A stretch of DNA of 64,000 bases from an uncultured virus (IMG/VR IMGVR_UViG_3300017593_000761). Taxonomy: Duplodnaviria > Heunggongvirae > Uroviricota > Caudoviricetes. The stretch is taken from IMG/VR virus record IMGVR_UViG_3300017593_000761; one strand, 5' to 3'. A model generated the notes under the pieces. That model did no database searches, was not told the origin of the DNA, and saw only the letters and a list, made by a program, of their open reading frames with translations. The stretch's first letter is position 1. Each line of letters starts with the position of its first letter. Position numbers and translations under genes: made by a program. Below, piece by piece: positions 28,370-38,217 of this stretch.

Positions 28370-31300
28370 TGGGTTGGCTTTCTGGATGGCAATATCGGAA
28401 GAAAGTAACTATTTCTGGTTCGAGTGGAGCTGGGACTAACTATCAGGTCAAGCTATCCATTGGTAGTTCGTCAGGTGGCGATTTTCATTTAGAAGGACAC
28501 TGCACTGACTTCCCAAATGACATTCGGTTCACTGATGATGATGGTGAGACGCTCCTCGATTACTGGATAGAAGACCCGACACAGGACCCGATTACGGTAT
28601 GGGTAGAGGTCCAAGACAGCTTAGACAGTGATGTGGATATTTACGTTTACTACGGCAACCCTTCTGCCAGTTCTGCGATTGATGGGGAGGCGACTTTTGA
28701 GTTTTTTGATGATTTTGAGATTGGAAAAATAAGTTGGAGTCTTGGGACAGAAGGTTTTAAAAAGCCATTTTCTCATTTTGCTGTTAATATACAACAAACA
28801 GGTTTGTTACCATCCGATTATGTTGGCGATATTACTAATCCTACTGTTGCATGGAGTTACGATGCTGGAGAAGTTGGGCTATGTGTATTGGTTGATGATG
28901 TTAATAATGATGGGAAAGGTGAAGTAGTATTTGCCACTGATAGTGCGATTCGTTGTTTGGATTGGCAAGGCAATTTATTATGGACCTACTCAATCCCCGA
29001 TACAGGCATCCACACATTTTTAATTATTGATGATATAAATAACGATGGGACAAAGGAAGTAGTATTTGGCACTTATGTAACGCATGAGGTTGATGGTTAC
29101 GTGCGGTGTCTAAACGCTTCGAGCGGAGAAGAGATTTGGAATTATTACTGTAATAAAGGAGTCACCACTACTGGCAGTGATCCGAACGGAATTCAGGTTG
29201 CAGATATAGATGGAGATGGTGAGAAGGAAGTAATTGTTCTTTTAGATATAGATGGTGAGTTGCTTGTATTAAATGCTGATGGGACCTTAAAATATAGCAA
29301 AACTGATGCATCGGAATTTGAGTATGGGGTTGCAGTAGGAGATATAGATAACGACGGAGAGTTAGAGTATGTTCATGGAACTGAAAGTAATGGAATACAT
29401 ATACGGAAAGCAAGTGATGGAACGTTAGAGGCATCCTGGTCAGGAGCTACAAACACGTATTTCAGCGCATCACCCACAATCGGAGATATTGATGGAGATG
29501 GAAAAATGGAAATTCTTGCCGGTTTGGATGTGCTGGCTTCGGGAGGCACCAGTCTTGTATGTCTCGAAGATGATGGGACAGTAAAATGGGCGGTCACTGA
29601 TAAGGGAGATATGGATTATGCGTCCGGATTATTAGCTGATATTGACGGTGATGGAAATTATGAGTTTGTGAGAGGAAGTGACGACTATAATATATATTGC
29701 TTCAACGCATTAACGGGAGAAATAAAATGGACTTATTCTACAAATGATAATTGCAAATATGCGCCCGTCTTGGGTGTTGATATAGATGGCGATGGCAATC
29801 TGGAGATAATAGTTCTCAATCAGGTAGATGGTTATATTTATTGTCTTGATAATGCAGGAAATTTAAAATGGAAAATATCAGTGGGAGCCGGAGGGCAGTA
29901 TTGCTCTCTCGCAATCGCTGACCTCAATAACGATGGTAAAGTCGAACTGATAGTGCCAACGACGAATGGTGTTGCTTGTTATGTAAATGGGGAAGGTAAT
30001 CCATTAGAAAAATGGACAATTGTCTCCGGAACATGGAGCGCTGATAATGGATACTTAGAAAGAACAGGAACAAGCTCGAATTTTGATGAAATCTATGCAG
30101 AAGTTTCAAATCCGATTACAAATTTTGCTATTGACTTGCGAATGTTGCAAGGCGCAATACTGGATGAGTTTGATATTTGGATTGCGTATAACGCAGATGA
30201 AACCGTGATATATGTAGTCTGGAATGAAAATGGTGGTCAGCATGTTTTAAGTGATGCTACTGATGGTGCTTTAGATAGCAAAACAAATGTTGATGAAGCG
30301 AACACTTGGTGGGATATTTCTTTCAGGAAGTATGGAAATAATTTTAAAGTTTATAAAGATGGTGTTCTGTGGCTTTCAGGAAGCCCGACAACTGACAGGA
30401 GTGCGGAGACCATCACACAAGTAAGGATTATGAGTAGAAATACAGTAGCAGGAGAGCCGACAAACAAAATTGACCTCATCCGTGTCCGCAAATACACAGA
30501 GCCAGAGCCTTCATTCAGCAGTGCGGGAAGTGAAGAATCGCCGTATTTCACTTGTATAGACATAAGTTCACTAACTTCGTCTCCTCTACCTTTCCAAGAA
30601 CTGCACACATTATGTTCTGAAGTCTTAAAAACTTCTGGAGCATCTTCGTCCCTTCTTTCTGCTATATTGAACTCTCAAGATAATTTTGGGTTGTTGGATG
30701 CTAATCTTTCTGGTCTTCTTTTAATTGCGAGTTCCATTGATACAATAGATACAAGTGATGGTTGCACCATAACGTTCTCATTTACAGGGAATTGTTTAGA
30801 TATCCTTCACTCGACTGATAATGCGTCTTCACTACTTTCAATGTTGTGTCAGAGCACAGATAAATTTGGAGGGACTGATAGTGAGCTATCTCAACTTTCA
30901 CTTCTAACAACATTATTAGATAAGCTACATCAACATGATAGTTCAGCTTCTAACATCACACTTGAGCGAACAATTCTCGATATTTTAGGATTTCAAGACC
31001 TTTCCTCTTTTCCCATAGGCATAATCGTTTCCGCTTCTGATATTCTCCACATTTACGATTTGAATAGTGTGCGTTTAACATTCTCTTGTTCGAGCATAGA
31101 TATCATCAAAAATGCAGACAGCTCTGGAGTAAATGTTACATTTCACTTGAGCACTGATGACATCCTTAAAGGCACGGACTTTGTGTCTGGTCATCTCCAA
31201 GCTATTCTTAGTGCATTAGACGCACTCAAGATTAGTGACAGTAGTTTGTCAAGCATGTTCGCTGGGATATTAGTCTCTGCTTCAGACATTCTTGCTACTT

Positions 31301-31593
31301 CCGATTATAATGCAATTCGTTTAGAGTTTTTGGAGTCCTCAATAGACATTATAAAATCAAAAGATAGTTCATCTTCTATTGTTTCATTTCAATTAAACAG
31401 CACTGATGTTCTTCATGGTATAGATATTCTTACTGCTAATCTTCAAGCCATTCTTGGTGCTATCTCCAAGTTCAAGAATAGTGATGAAACTTCTTCGTAT
31501 GAGGTCATAATCGGAATACCCGTTAAGATATTTAAGGCTCAAGAAAAAGTCTTGGTGTTCAGAGCAAAAAAAAGCCATTTAGGTTCAAAGTAA
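28369..31593 (+). CDS. DUF2341 / FG-GAP-like beta-propeller adhesin with S/L/D-rich repetitive stalk
   Basis: DIRFTDDDG..LDYWIE..YYGNP; many DIDGDG repeats; lectin-like domain; periodic C-terminus. Confidence 0.82.
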   Translation: MGWLSGWQYRKKVTISGSSGAGTNYQVKLSIGSSSGGDFHLEGHCTDFPNDIRFTDDDGETLLDYWIEDPTQDPITVWVEVQDSLDSDVDIYVYYGNPSASSAIDGEATFEFFDDFEIGKISWSLGTEGFKKPFSHFAVNIQQTGLLPSDYVGDITNPTVAWSYDAGEVGLCVLVDDVNNDGKGEVVFATDSAIRCLDWQGNLLWTYSIPDTGIHTFLIIDDINNDGTKEVVFGTYVTHEVDGYVRCLNASSGEEIWNYYCNKGVTTTGSDPNGIQVADIDGDGEKEVIVLLDIDGELLVLNADGTLKYSKTDASEFEYGVAVGDIDNDGELEYVHGTESNGIHIRKASDGTLEASWSGATNTYFSASPTIGDIDGDGKMEILAGLDVLASGGTSLVCLEDDGTVKWAVTDKGDMDYASGLLADIDGDGNYEFVRGSDDYNIYCFNALTGEIKWTYSTNDNCKYAPVLGVDIDGDGNLEIIVLNQVDGYIYCLDNAGNLKWKISVGAGGQYCSLAIADLNNDGKVELIVPTTNGVACYVNGEGNPLEKWTIVSGTWSADNGYLERTGTSSNFDEIYAEVSNPITNFAIDLRMLQGAILDEFDIWIAYNADETVIYVVWNENGGQHVLSDATDGALDSKTNVDEANTWWDISFRKYGNNFKVYKDGVLWLSGSPTTDRSAETITQVRIMSRNTVAGEPTNKIDLIRVRKYTEPEPSFSSAGSEESPYFTCIDISSLTSSPLPFQELHTLCSEVLKTSGASSSLLSAILNSQDNFGLLDANLSGLLLIASSIDTIDTSDGCTITFSFTGNCLDILHSTDNASSLLSMLCQSTDKFGGTDSELSQLSLLTTLLDKLHQHDSSASNITLERTILDILGFQDLSSFPIGIIVSASDILHIYDLNSVRLTFSCSSIDIIKNADSSGVNVTFHLSTDDILKGTDFVSGHLQAILSALDALKISDSSLSSMFAGILVSASDILATSDYNAIRLEFLESSIDIIKSKDSSSSIVSFQLNSTDVLHGIDILTANLQAILGAISKFKNSDETSSYEVIIGIPVKIFKAQEKVLVFRAKKSHLGSK

Positions 31594-31616
31594 GATAGTT
31601 CTAAATATTAAGTAAG

Positions 31617-32135
31617 GTGAGAAATATGAGTGGCAAAATAGGAATAGGTGGTATATTTGAGATAGAATGCTATGATGCAGAGGGAAAGCTCAAATGGAAA
31701 GATAATGCACACAACATGTGGGTTCAGGAGGGTAGAGATTACATATTGAACGTGATATTCAAAGGTGCAAATCGGCATGACCCTCTTTATGTTGGTCTGT
31801 TTGAACAGGATACACCAGCGGATGATTGGACAGCTGCCAATAATGGAACTACATGGCATGAGAACACGAGCTATTCCGAATCGTATCGCCAAGAGTTCGT
31901 AGATGGAGATATAAATGGCAGCACGACTCGGCAGCTCGATAATGATGCAAGTAAGGCTACATTCAACATAACTGCAAGTGCGACTTTGAAGGGTGCGTTC
32001 CTCTCTAATGAAAGCTCAAAAGGTGCAACAACTGGAACGTTGCTATGTGCAGCAGCATTTGAAGAGGGAGACAGAAACGTTGCTAATGGTGATACAGTAA
32101 AGGTTAAATATACAGTTGGTTGTCAAGACGCCTAA
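31617..32135 (+). CDS. Virion structural (fibre-associated) protein
   Basis: KWKD.AHN..EGRDYIL, GAFL..GTLLC..F..RNV.NGDTVKVKY. Confidence 0.6.
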   Translation: MRNMSGKIGIGGIFEIECYDAEGKLKWKDNAHNMWVQEGRDYILNVIFKGANRHDPLYVGLFEQDTPADDWTAANNGTTWHENTSYSESYRQEFVDGDINGSTTRQLDNDASKATFNITASATLKGAFLSNESSKGATTGTLLCAAAFEEGDRNVANGDTVKVKYTVGCQDA

Positions 32136-32455
32136 ACGAAATGGTATTAATCCCCGATAGGTGCTATAAACAACCGAATGAGAGAGAGTATCTTCAAATT
32201 GACTTCTCCTCTCGATTAGGGTCGGGTGAGAGTATCTCAGCGATTAAGAAATGCAAGTGTTATGATGCAGACGGCAATGACGTTACAAACGAGATAATAG
32301 AAGACCCAGTATACGATGAGACCTCAGTGAAATTCTGGTTCAAGGATGGTATTTCGGGAAATCGTTATAGCTTAACCGTAAGAGTGGAGACAAGTGCTGG
32401 TGCTATTTTAGAAGAGGATTTAATCTTGATAGTGAAGGAGATAGAACATGATTGA
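32120..32455 (+). CDS. Fibre-tail adaptor-like protein
   Basis: KQPNE..IDFS.RL.SGESI..FWFKDG..G.RY.LTV.V.TS.G. Confidence 0.55.
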   Translation: MSRRLNEMVLIPDRCYKQPNEREYLQIDFSSRLGSGESISAIKKCKCYDADGNDVTNEIIEDPVYDETSVKFWFKDGISGNRYSLTVRVETSAGAILEEDLILIVKEIEHD

Positions 32456-32666
32456 TTTCAGAGAATTCCTTTCTACCTATGCAGAAATGCATTCATTTAT
32501 AATGGGAATTTATGCAGGTCTCACGGAGTGGCGTGGTATAGATTCTCAAATACTGGATAATCCAGATGTTCAGGCAGAGCCTCACTATTGTTATGGAGGA
32601 TATCTTTTAGGCACTCTAATTAGATGGGTGATAATTCTTACTGTGGGCTATACGTTCTTTTCATAA
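32448..32666 (+). CDS. Small membrane protein
   Basis: Hydrophobic C-terminus; GGAG RBS. Confidence 0.55.
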   Translation: MIDFREFLSTYAEMHSFIMGIYAGLTEWRGIDSQILDNPDVQAEPHYCYGGYLLGTLIRWVIILTVGYTFFS

Positions 32667-32694
32667 TTCTTCCTAAACTAAACAGGAGAGCAAC

Positions 32695-33477
32695 ATGCAT
32701 TTCTCAATAATAGTTGCAACAAACAGAGGACCTGAGGTCCTTCAATATTTATTCCTTAATACTCATAAAGAAAGCGAACTCATCATTGTAGATTCACATT
32801 ACAACGAAAGGACAAAGCGATGGCTGAGTGAACAGCATGGCTATTCTCAAATAGTCTATGCACCGTGCAACCATTCGCCTTATAAGTGGTATAGGGATTT
32901 CTCCCAGTCGCTTAATACAGCCTTATGTCTCGCAGAGCATGACTACATCATTCGTGCGGATGACTACATAGAATTCAAGGACGACTTCTTTGATGTCGCT
33001 GAGAAAGATGCTAAAACATTCCCTAAGAAAACTCTCATAATAGGACAGAAGGCACAGGAGTATAATGGCGAAGAGAAGTTCATTGATTACATGTCTCGAC
33101 GTGGGACAGGAGGTCAGTTTAGATATGTTAATGTTGAAAATCCAGCTTTCACTTTCTCCTTTGGAGTTGCTCCACTCCAGTTGTTCCTTGATCTCAATGG
33201 TTACGACGAGCGATACGATGCTGGTTTCGGATATGATGACAACGACTTTCTGTATAGAGCATTAAGATTTGGATATATCGCCATACTCGATAAGCTTCTC
33301 ATGGGATATGGACATGCTCATAAACCTCAGAAGCCTGTCATCTCGTTGCCTCAGATAATTTATAACGTAACATTCACAGAGATAGACTGTGGTAAGACTT
33401 GGGCTTATAATCCTTATAAACTTATAGACAGACGAGCACAAATGCTGGAGGAGAAGGAAAAATGGATAGTCAAATAA
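32695..33477 (+). CDS. GT2 glycosyltransferase
   Basis: FSIIVAT, ELIIVDS, RADD, NGYDERY..GYDDNDFLYR. Confidence 0.85.
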   Translation: MHFSIIVATNRGPEVLQYLFLNTHKESELIIVDSHYNERTKRWLSEQHGYSQIVYAPCNHSPYKWYRDFSQSLNTALCLAEHDYIIRADDYIEFKDDFFDVAEKDAKTFPKKTLIIGQKAQEYNGEEKFIDYMSRRGTGGQFRYVNVENPAFTFSFGVAPLQLFLDLNGYDERYDAGFGYDDNDFLYRALRFGYIAILDKLLMGYGHAHKPQKPVISLPQIIYNVTFTEIDCGKTWAYNPYKLIDRRAQMLEEKEKWIVK

Positions 33478-34400
33478 AGATGATTCAGATACAAACCACA
33501 AGCGTATGTCCAGGACGATGCATTGTATGCCCATACAGAAACAGCTGGCTACGAGATGCTCATGGCTATATGAACGATGACGATTTCATTCATATCTTAG
33601 AGGAGATAAAGTCCTATCTTGGTGATTATCGTGAGAAGCTTCCTCTCTACCTCATGAATGACCCTCTTGCCGATAAGAAGCTAATCGAACGCATTCATTT
33701 AGTTTATCAATACTTTCCACATTGCAAACTTGAGCTCTCAACTAATGGTATGCTACTCACCAAGAAGCTTTCTCAAGCAATAGTGGATACAGTCTCTCAA
33801 TATGAAGGTAGGGATGAATTTGAGTTCTGGATATCCTTACATGGAGTAAACAAACAGACATGGGAGTTCATTCACAACCTTTATGGTAAATACGAAAGGA
33901 CAATAACAAACATCATTAACTTCTTGAGGATAAACAATGGACGCCTCAAAGTGCTCATAAATTCCGTTGGAGGAGCTTCACGAGACGGTTCGATGTTCTT
34001 CTATTCCAAAGAGAGATGGGAACAATTCGTGCAATACCTTCTCAAAGTTAATGAAGTCCCAACACAGAATATCCAATTGCGTTACTTTACCTTTCATAAC
34101 CGAGCTGGCAACGTTAGATTAGGACACTGGGATGGTAAGGAGTTTTACCGAGAAATCGGTCCTGAGTATCCTTTTGAGTGTTGGCGATTCAGGAGTGCAA
34201 TTCACATTCTTTATAATTTAGATGTGATAGCCTGTTGCATGTCTTGGAACAGAGAAGCAGTATTTGGAAACCTCAAAACTCAAACTCTTAAAGAGATATG
34301 GGAAGGTGAGAAGCGACATGCTTTCATAGATATGGCAACGGGAAGGAAACCATCTCCTAAAGACTTTATATGCAAAAGGTGTATGTCCCCGGGTGGGTGA
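33462..34400 (+). CDS. Radical SAM / SPASM-twitch protein
   Basis: CPGRCIVC, STNG, ACC..FGNL..L.EIW..CKRC. Confidence 0.88.
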   Translation: MDSQIKMIQIQTTSVCPGRCIVCPYRNSWLRDAHGYMNDDDFIHILEEIKSYLGDYREKLPLYLMNDPLADKKLIERIHLVYQYFPHCKLELSTNGMLLTKKLSQAIVDTVSQYEGRDEFEFWISLHGVNKQTWEFIHNLYGKYERTITNIINFLRINNGRLKVLINSVGGASRDGSMFFYSKERWEQFVQYLLKVNEVPTQNIQLRYFTFHNRAGNVRLGHWDGKEFYREIGPEYPFECWRFRSAIHILYNLDVIACCMSWNREAVFGNLKTQTLKEIWEGEKRHAFIDMATGRKPSPKDFICKRCMSPGG

Positions 34401-35305
34401 GTGCTATGGGCAATATAACCGCAATTGTTAAAGGTTTCATGCGTCCCAAGAAATTCGAGAATTGCTTGAAGTGTATAATAGCTGCTGGTATAAAGAAAAT
34501 CATAGCTTCGTATGACGGACCGGAAGAGTATTTTGATGCACACAGGAGTATAGTGGGAAAACTTCAGTGGGATGCTTCCATTCGTTTCTTGGAACTTCCG
34601 TTTAATATTGGACTTTCAGCTGCTCGCAACAGAATGATTGAACGGGTTTCTACTGACTACATTCTTATGGTTGATGATGATAACTACATTCCTCCATTTA
34701 CTCTTGCAATGATAAAAGCGTTTCAGTATATGCCTGATGAGATAGGTGGAATAGCTATGGGATGGTTACCGATAAACTCACCGTTTCCACAGATGGATGC
34801 ATTCGATATCGAGATAATAGATGGTTATTTCTTTCGACGTCTTGCCAGTAAGAAATACGTTTTAGCCATAGATGGGATGACATATTTGTATCCATTTGAT
34901 TTTGTTCCCAACCAGATAATATTCAAGAGGGCTCTCTTCAATGATGTGCAATACGATGAGCATTATGTTATAAACAGAGAACATGAGGACTTCTTCCTTA
35001 CTTGCAAGCTCAAAACTGACTGGAGGTTCGCAGTGTGCACCTCGATTTATTCTATTCACGATCCGGGAAAGGATGCCAGTTATTCAAAGTTTCGATTTGG
35101 CAAAGAGCATGATGAAGCTGCTGAATACTTCCTAAAGAAATGGAACCTTAAGGGCATAGCACCACAGAGATACGGTCCCGATTACATTTCCTTGCTATAT
35201 GATGGCGCATGGCAATTCGGAAGAATGCAGGAGAAGAACATGTATTTAGAATGGAAATTAAAAGGTAAGATATTAGGAGAGCAAGACCTATGGCACGACG
35301 CTTAA
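34370..35305 (+). CDS. GT2 glycosyltransferase
   Basis: NIGLSAARN, MVDDD, EHEDFF. Confidence 0.85.
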   Translation: MQKVYVPGWVSAMGNITAIVKGFMRPKKFENCLKCIIAAGIKKIIASYDGPEEYFDAHRSIVGKLQWDASIRFLELPFNIGLSAARNRMIERVSTDYILMVDDDNYIPPFTLAMIKAFQYMPDEIGGIAMGWLPINSPFPQMDAFDIEIIDGYFFRRLASKKYVLAIDGMTYLYPFDFVPNQIIFKRALFNDVQYDEHYVINREHEDFFLTCKLKTDWRFAVCTSIYSIHDPGKDASYSKFRFGKEHDEAAEYFLKKWNLKGIAPQRYGPDYISLLYDGAWQFGRMQEKNMYLEWKLKGKILGEQDLWHDA

Positions 35306-35949
35306 AATTAGAGAAGGGCAACTTCTATATCCTTTTGGATGCCTGCCGTTATGACATCTTTGCTTCGGTCGTTTACGATTATCTCGATGGCGAATTAGAA
35401 GAACGGGATAGTGGAGCTTGTAACACGTCTCAGTTTTATCAGATTTCCAACATTAAGGACTTTCGAGTTGCGTCCTTTAATCCAACCGGTGAGTTCTTTC
35501 ATCATCCAGAATTCGTGATGCTTCCTTCTTTATATTGCGAGGACAACCTCGATGACCTCATAGCGGGAAAATTCACCTGTGAAGTCCTTCATCTTATACC
35601 ACCACACATGCCTCCCCAAGACCCGAAATACTGGAAGCTTTGGTTTGATACTATACAGGATTATGCAGAGCAGAAGGATAAAACAAAGCCTATAAACTTA
35701 GGTCGTTGTAATGTCGAGGCTTATTTCTATTCACAATTGGGCAGAGCAAGAGCACTCCAAATTTATGAGGATAATCTTCGTTTTGCCCTAAGAGCTATCG
35801 CAGAGCGATTGGATAAACTCCCAAAGCCTTTGATATTGATAGCGGATCACGGTGAGCTCTTTGGAGAATATGAATGCTGGGGACACACTGAGAATTGTGT
35901 TAAAGGAAGGCACATCTTAAGAAGAGTCCCACATTTCACAGTCAAATGA
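35290..35949 (+). CDS. Alkaline phosphatase/sulfatase-superfamily protein
   Basis: LDACRYD, PPHMP, ADHGELFGE..WGH, LRRVP. Confidence 0.75.
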   Translation: MARRLKLEKGNFYILLDACRYDIFASVVYDYLDGELEERDSGACNTSQFYQISNIKDFRVASFNPTGEFFHHPEFVMLPSLYCEDNLDDLIAGKFTCEVLHLIPPHMPPQDPKYWKLWFDTIQDYAEQKDKTKPINLGRCNVEAYFYSQLGRARALQIYEDNLRFALRAIAERLDKLPKPLILIADHGELFGEYECWGHTENCVKGRHILRRVPHFTVK

Positions 35950-36215
35950 ACAATGGAGTGATTCGCAGTTGGACTAAGTCCTTCACATGGCGAATATTAG
36001 GGATACTTCTCTTAGTCTGCTTCTCCTACATATTTACTCACGACGTCAAGGCAGCAAGCTTAATTACGTTAGTCTTTCATGGTGTTCGAGTCCCTCTTTA
36101 TTTTATCCACGAACAACTATGGGAACGAGTGCATCATATTGACATGCTCTATTTCTTCCTTGCTTTAGTTCTCTTATTTATTTCCTTTCTATTCGTCTGG
36201 AAGGTAGGAACATGA
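35946..36215 (+). CDS. DUF2061-like membrane protein
   Basis: RSWTKSFTWRILG..YFIHEQLWERV. Confidence 0.7.
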   Translation: MNNGVIRSWTKSFTWRILGILLLVCFSYIFTHDVKAASLITLVFHGVRVPLYFIHEQLWERVHHIDMLYFFLALVLLFISFLFVWKVGT

Positions 36216-36994
36216 AGCGTCTTGAAGAGAAAAGCATATACGTGATACGTGAGGCTTACAGTAGGTTTAACCGTATAGCTGCATTATGGAGCACAGGAAA
36301 GGATAGCACTGTATTATTGTGGCTCTGTCGTAAAGCTTTCTTTGATGGGATACCATTCCCTGTGATACACATAGACACAAGCTTTAAGTTTGAAGAGACG
36401 TATTCCTTTAGAGACAAGATAGCAAAAGAATGGGGATTAGACTTGATAATAGCAAAGAATGAGGAAGCACTTAGAAGTGGTATGAATCCAGAATGTGGAA
36501 AGTTTCAGTGTTGTAATGCTCTAAAGACTGAGGCACTAAAACAGTGCATACGAGAACATAATTTTGATGCCATTCTTTTGGGTATACGGCGTGATGAGCA
36601 TGGGGTGCGAAACAAAGAACGATTCTTCTCACCGAGAGATGAAAATTTCGAGTGGAACATTTGGGAACAACCTCTTGAGGCTTGGGACATCTACACAATA
36701 GATGAAGAAGCTAACCATTATCGGGTTCATCCCATCTTACACTGGACGGAAATTGACGTCTGGAAATACATTAAGAAGGAAGGATTGCCAGTTAATCCAC
36801 TATATTTCGCTAAGAACCATAAACGATACCGCTCTTTAGGTTGTAAGCCTTGCACTTCTCCCATTGAGTCAGATGCTAAGAACATTGATGAGATAATCAA
36901 GGAGATAGAGGAAAGTCATACACGTGAGCGATATGGTAGAGTGCAGGACAAAGAGAATTTGATGGAACGTTTACGTGTTCTTGGCTATATGTAA
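36212..36994 (+). CDS. cysD: Sulfate adenylyltransferase subunit 2-like (PAPS reductase family)
   Basis: SIYVIREA, STGKDS, HIDT.FKF, GIRRDE..RNKERFFS.RD, RVHPIL.WTE, RYRSLGC. Confidence 0.8.
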   Translation: MKRLEEKSIYVIREAYSRFNRIAALWSTGKDSTVLLWLCRKAFFDGIPFPVIHIDTSFKFEETYSFRDKIAKEWGLDLIIAKNEEALRSGMNPECGKFQCCNALKTEALKQCIREHNFDAILLGIRRDEHGVRNKERFFSPRDENFEWNIWEQPLEAWDIYTIDEEANHYRVHPILHWTEIDVWKYIKKEGLPVNPLYFAKNHKRYRSLGCKPCTSPIESDAKNIDEIIKEIEESHTRERYGRVQDKENLMERLRVLGYM

Positions 36995-36996
36995 AA

Positions 36997-37905
36997 ATGT
37001 TAGATAAAGAAGAAATAAAGCGATTAACCAAGAAGAGTATGGAGGGTGCTTACCTTCCTGTCCCTTCGCATGGAGGTTTAAAGACCGCTCGCTTCAGGTT
37101 AGAGGACGTTCAGAGGTGCTTTAGACAGCCTGCCCTCCTTCGGGACTTCATTTATTTAGTTGGTGGAGTAGCAGTGCATGGCAAGGGGAATGACGTGGAC
37201 TTAGTGATACGAGGTGAAGACCTCTCCGAGCCTCAACGAGAAGCATTATTATTTCGTTTGTATCGAGCCTTTGCGGATTACTTCAAGATTCCCTATGATG
37301 AGACACCCAAGTATTTGCACATAACATTCAATAATTACGGTCCCTATACGAATCACATGCTCTTATACCATCTGGCGATAGTCCCTAATGAAGAGAAGCG
37401 AATCCATGAGATGGAACTCCTGAAGTCAGCAACAAATGGTGAGTGGATAGTTTACGGTTATGGTTCTATTGATGCAGTTGATCTCGAAGGTGATGAAATC
37501 ACAATTGAGGCTCTCAAGGGCATGTGGGAAGAAATGCAGAAGACTCCCAAGAAATACTGGAACGTAATGAATGAGCATGGTGGTGTTCAGGTTGGTGAGA
37601 TCCTCCCCGAGTGGAATGGACTAAAGACGCATGTGGATGATAGGGGCTTCTTTGTGATAGTGAAACTCAGAAAGGATATAGAAGCAGCTCGAAGAGTATG
37701 GGAGGCAATTCATTCCGATGATGAAGATGAACGTATCAAGAGCTTCTCGATTCACATAGAGTATCCAGGCGGAGTAGAGGAATGCACAGAAAAAGTCTGT
37801 GATAAGAATAGGTGCTGGCGTAAAATAACCAAAGCGAGATTCCTTGAGTTGAGCTTCACGAGGAATCCAGCTAATCCCTTATGTATATTCAAACCTGCGA
37901 ACTAA
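36997..37905 (+). CDS. Pol-beta-type nucleotidyltransferase fused to HK97-type prohead protease 2
   Basis: YLVGG..NDVDLVIR; then YGYGS..VDLEGDEI, EH..VG, KSFSI, ELSFTRNPANP. Confidence 0.8.
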   Translation: MLDKEEIKRLTKKSMEGAYLPVPSHGGLKTARFRLEDVQRCFRQPALLRDFIYLVGGVAVHGKGNDVDLVIRGEDLSEPQREALLFRLYRAFADYFKIPYDETPKYLHITFNNYGPYTNHMLLYHLAIVPNEEKRIHEMELLKSATNGEWIVYGYGSIDAVDLEGDEITIEALKGMWEEMQKTPKKYWNVMNEHGGVQVGEILPEWNGLKTHVDDRGFFVIVKLRKDIEAARRVWEAIHSDDEDERIKSFSIHIEYPGGVEECTEKVCDKNRCWRKITKARFLELSFTRNPANPLCIFKPAN

Positions 37906-37932
37906 TTATACGATAAGCCTTTAGGAAGAGAG

Positions 37933-38187
37933 ATGGACGAGATTCGAGAGCTATACATTGGTGATAAACCTTATGATAATTATTTGAGAGCTCTGGGCGA
38001 TTCCCAGAGTGTGAGTATTCTTGCAAGAGGCAAAAACGTCAAGAAGGCAGTAGATGTAGCATTGATGGCACAGAGGCTAAGTCAGTTTACCATTAATGCT
38101 GTTACGATATACGATGAGAAGATGACAAGCGATGATGGCGAACGTGAATATTACGTCAGTGCAATAAGAATAGACTTGGTTCGTTAA
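37933..38187 (+). CDS. alba: Alba DNA/RNA-binding protein
   Basis: IGDKPYDNY, ILARGKNVKKAVDVA, VSAIRI match the Alba signature. Confidence 0.85.
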   Translation: MDEIRELYIGDKPYDNYLRALGDSQSVSILARGKNVKKAVDVALMAQRLSQFTINAVTIYDEKMTSDDGEREYYVSAIRIDLVR

Positions 38188-38217
38188 TTATATAAAATAA
38201 AGGAAAGGAAGAGTAAA

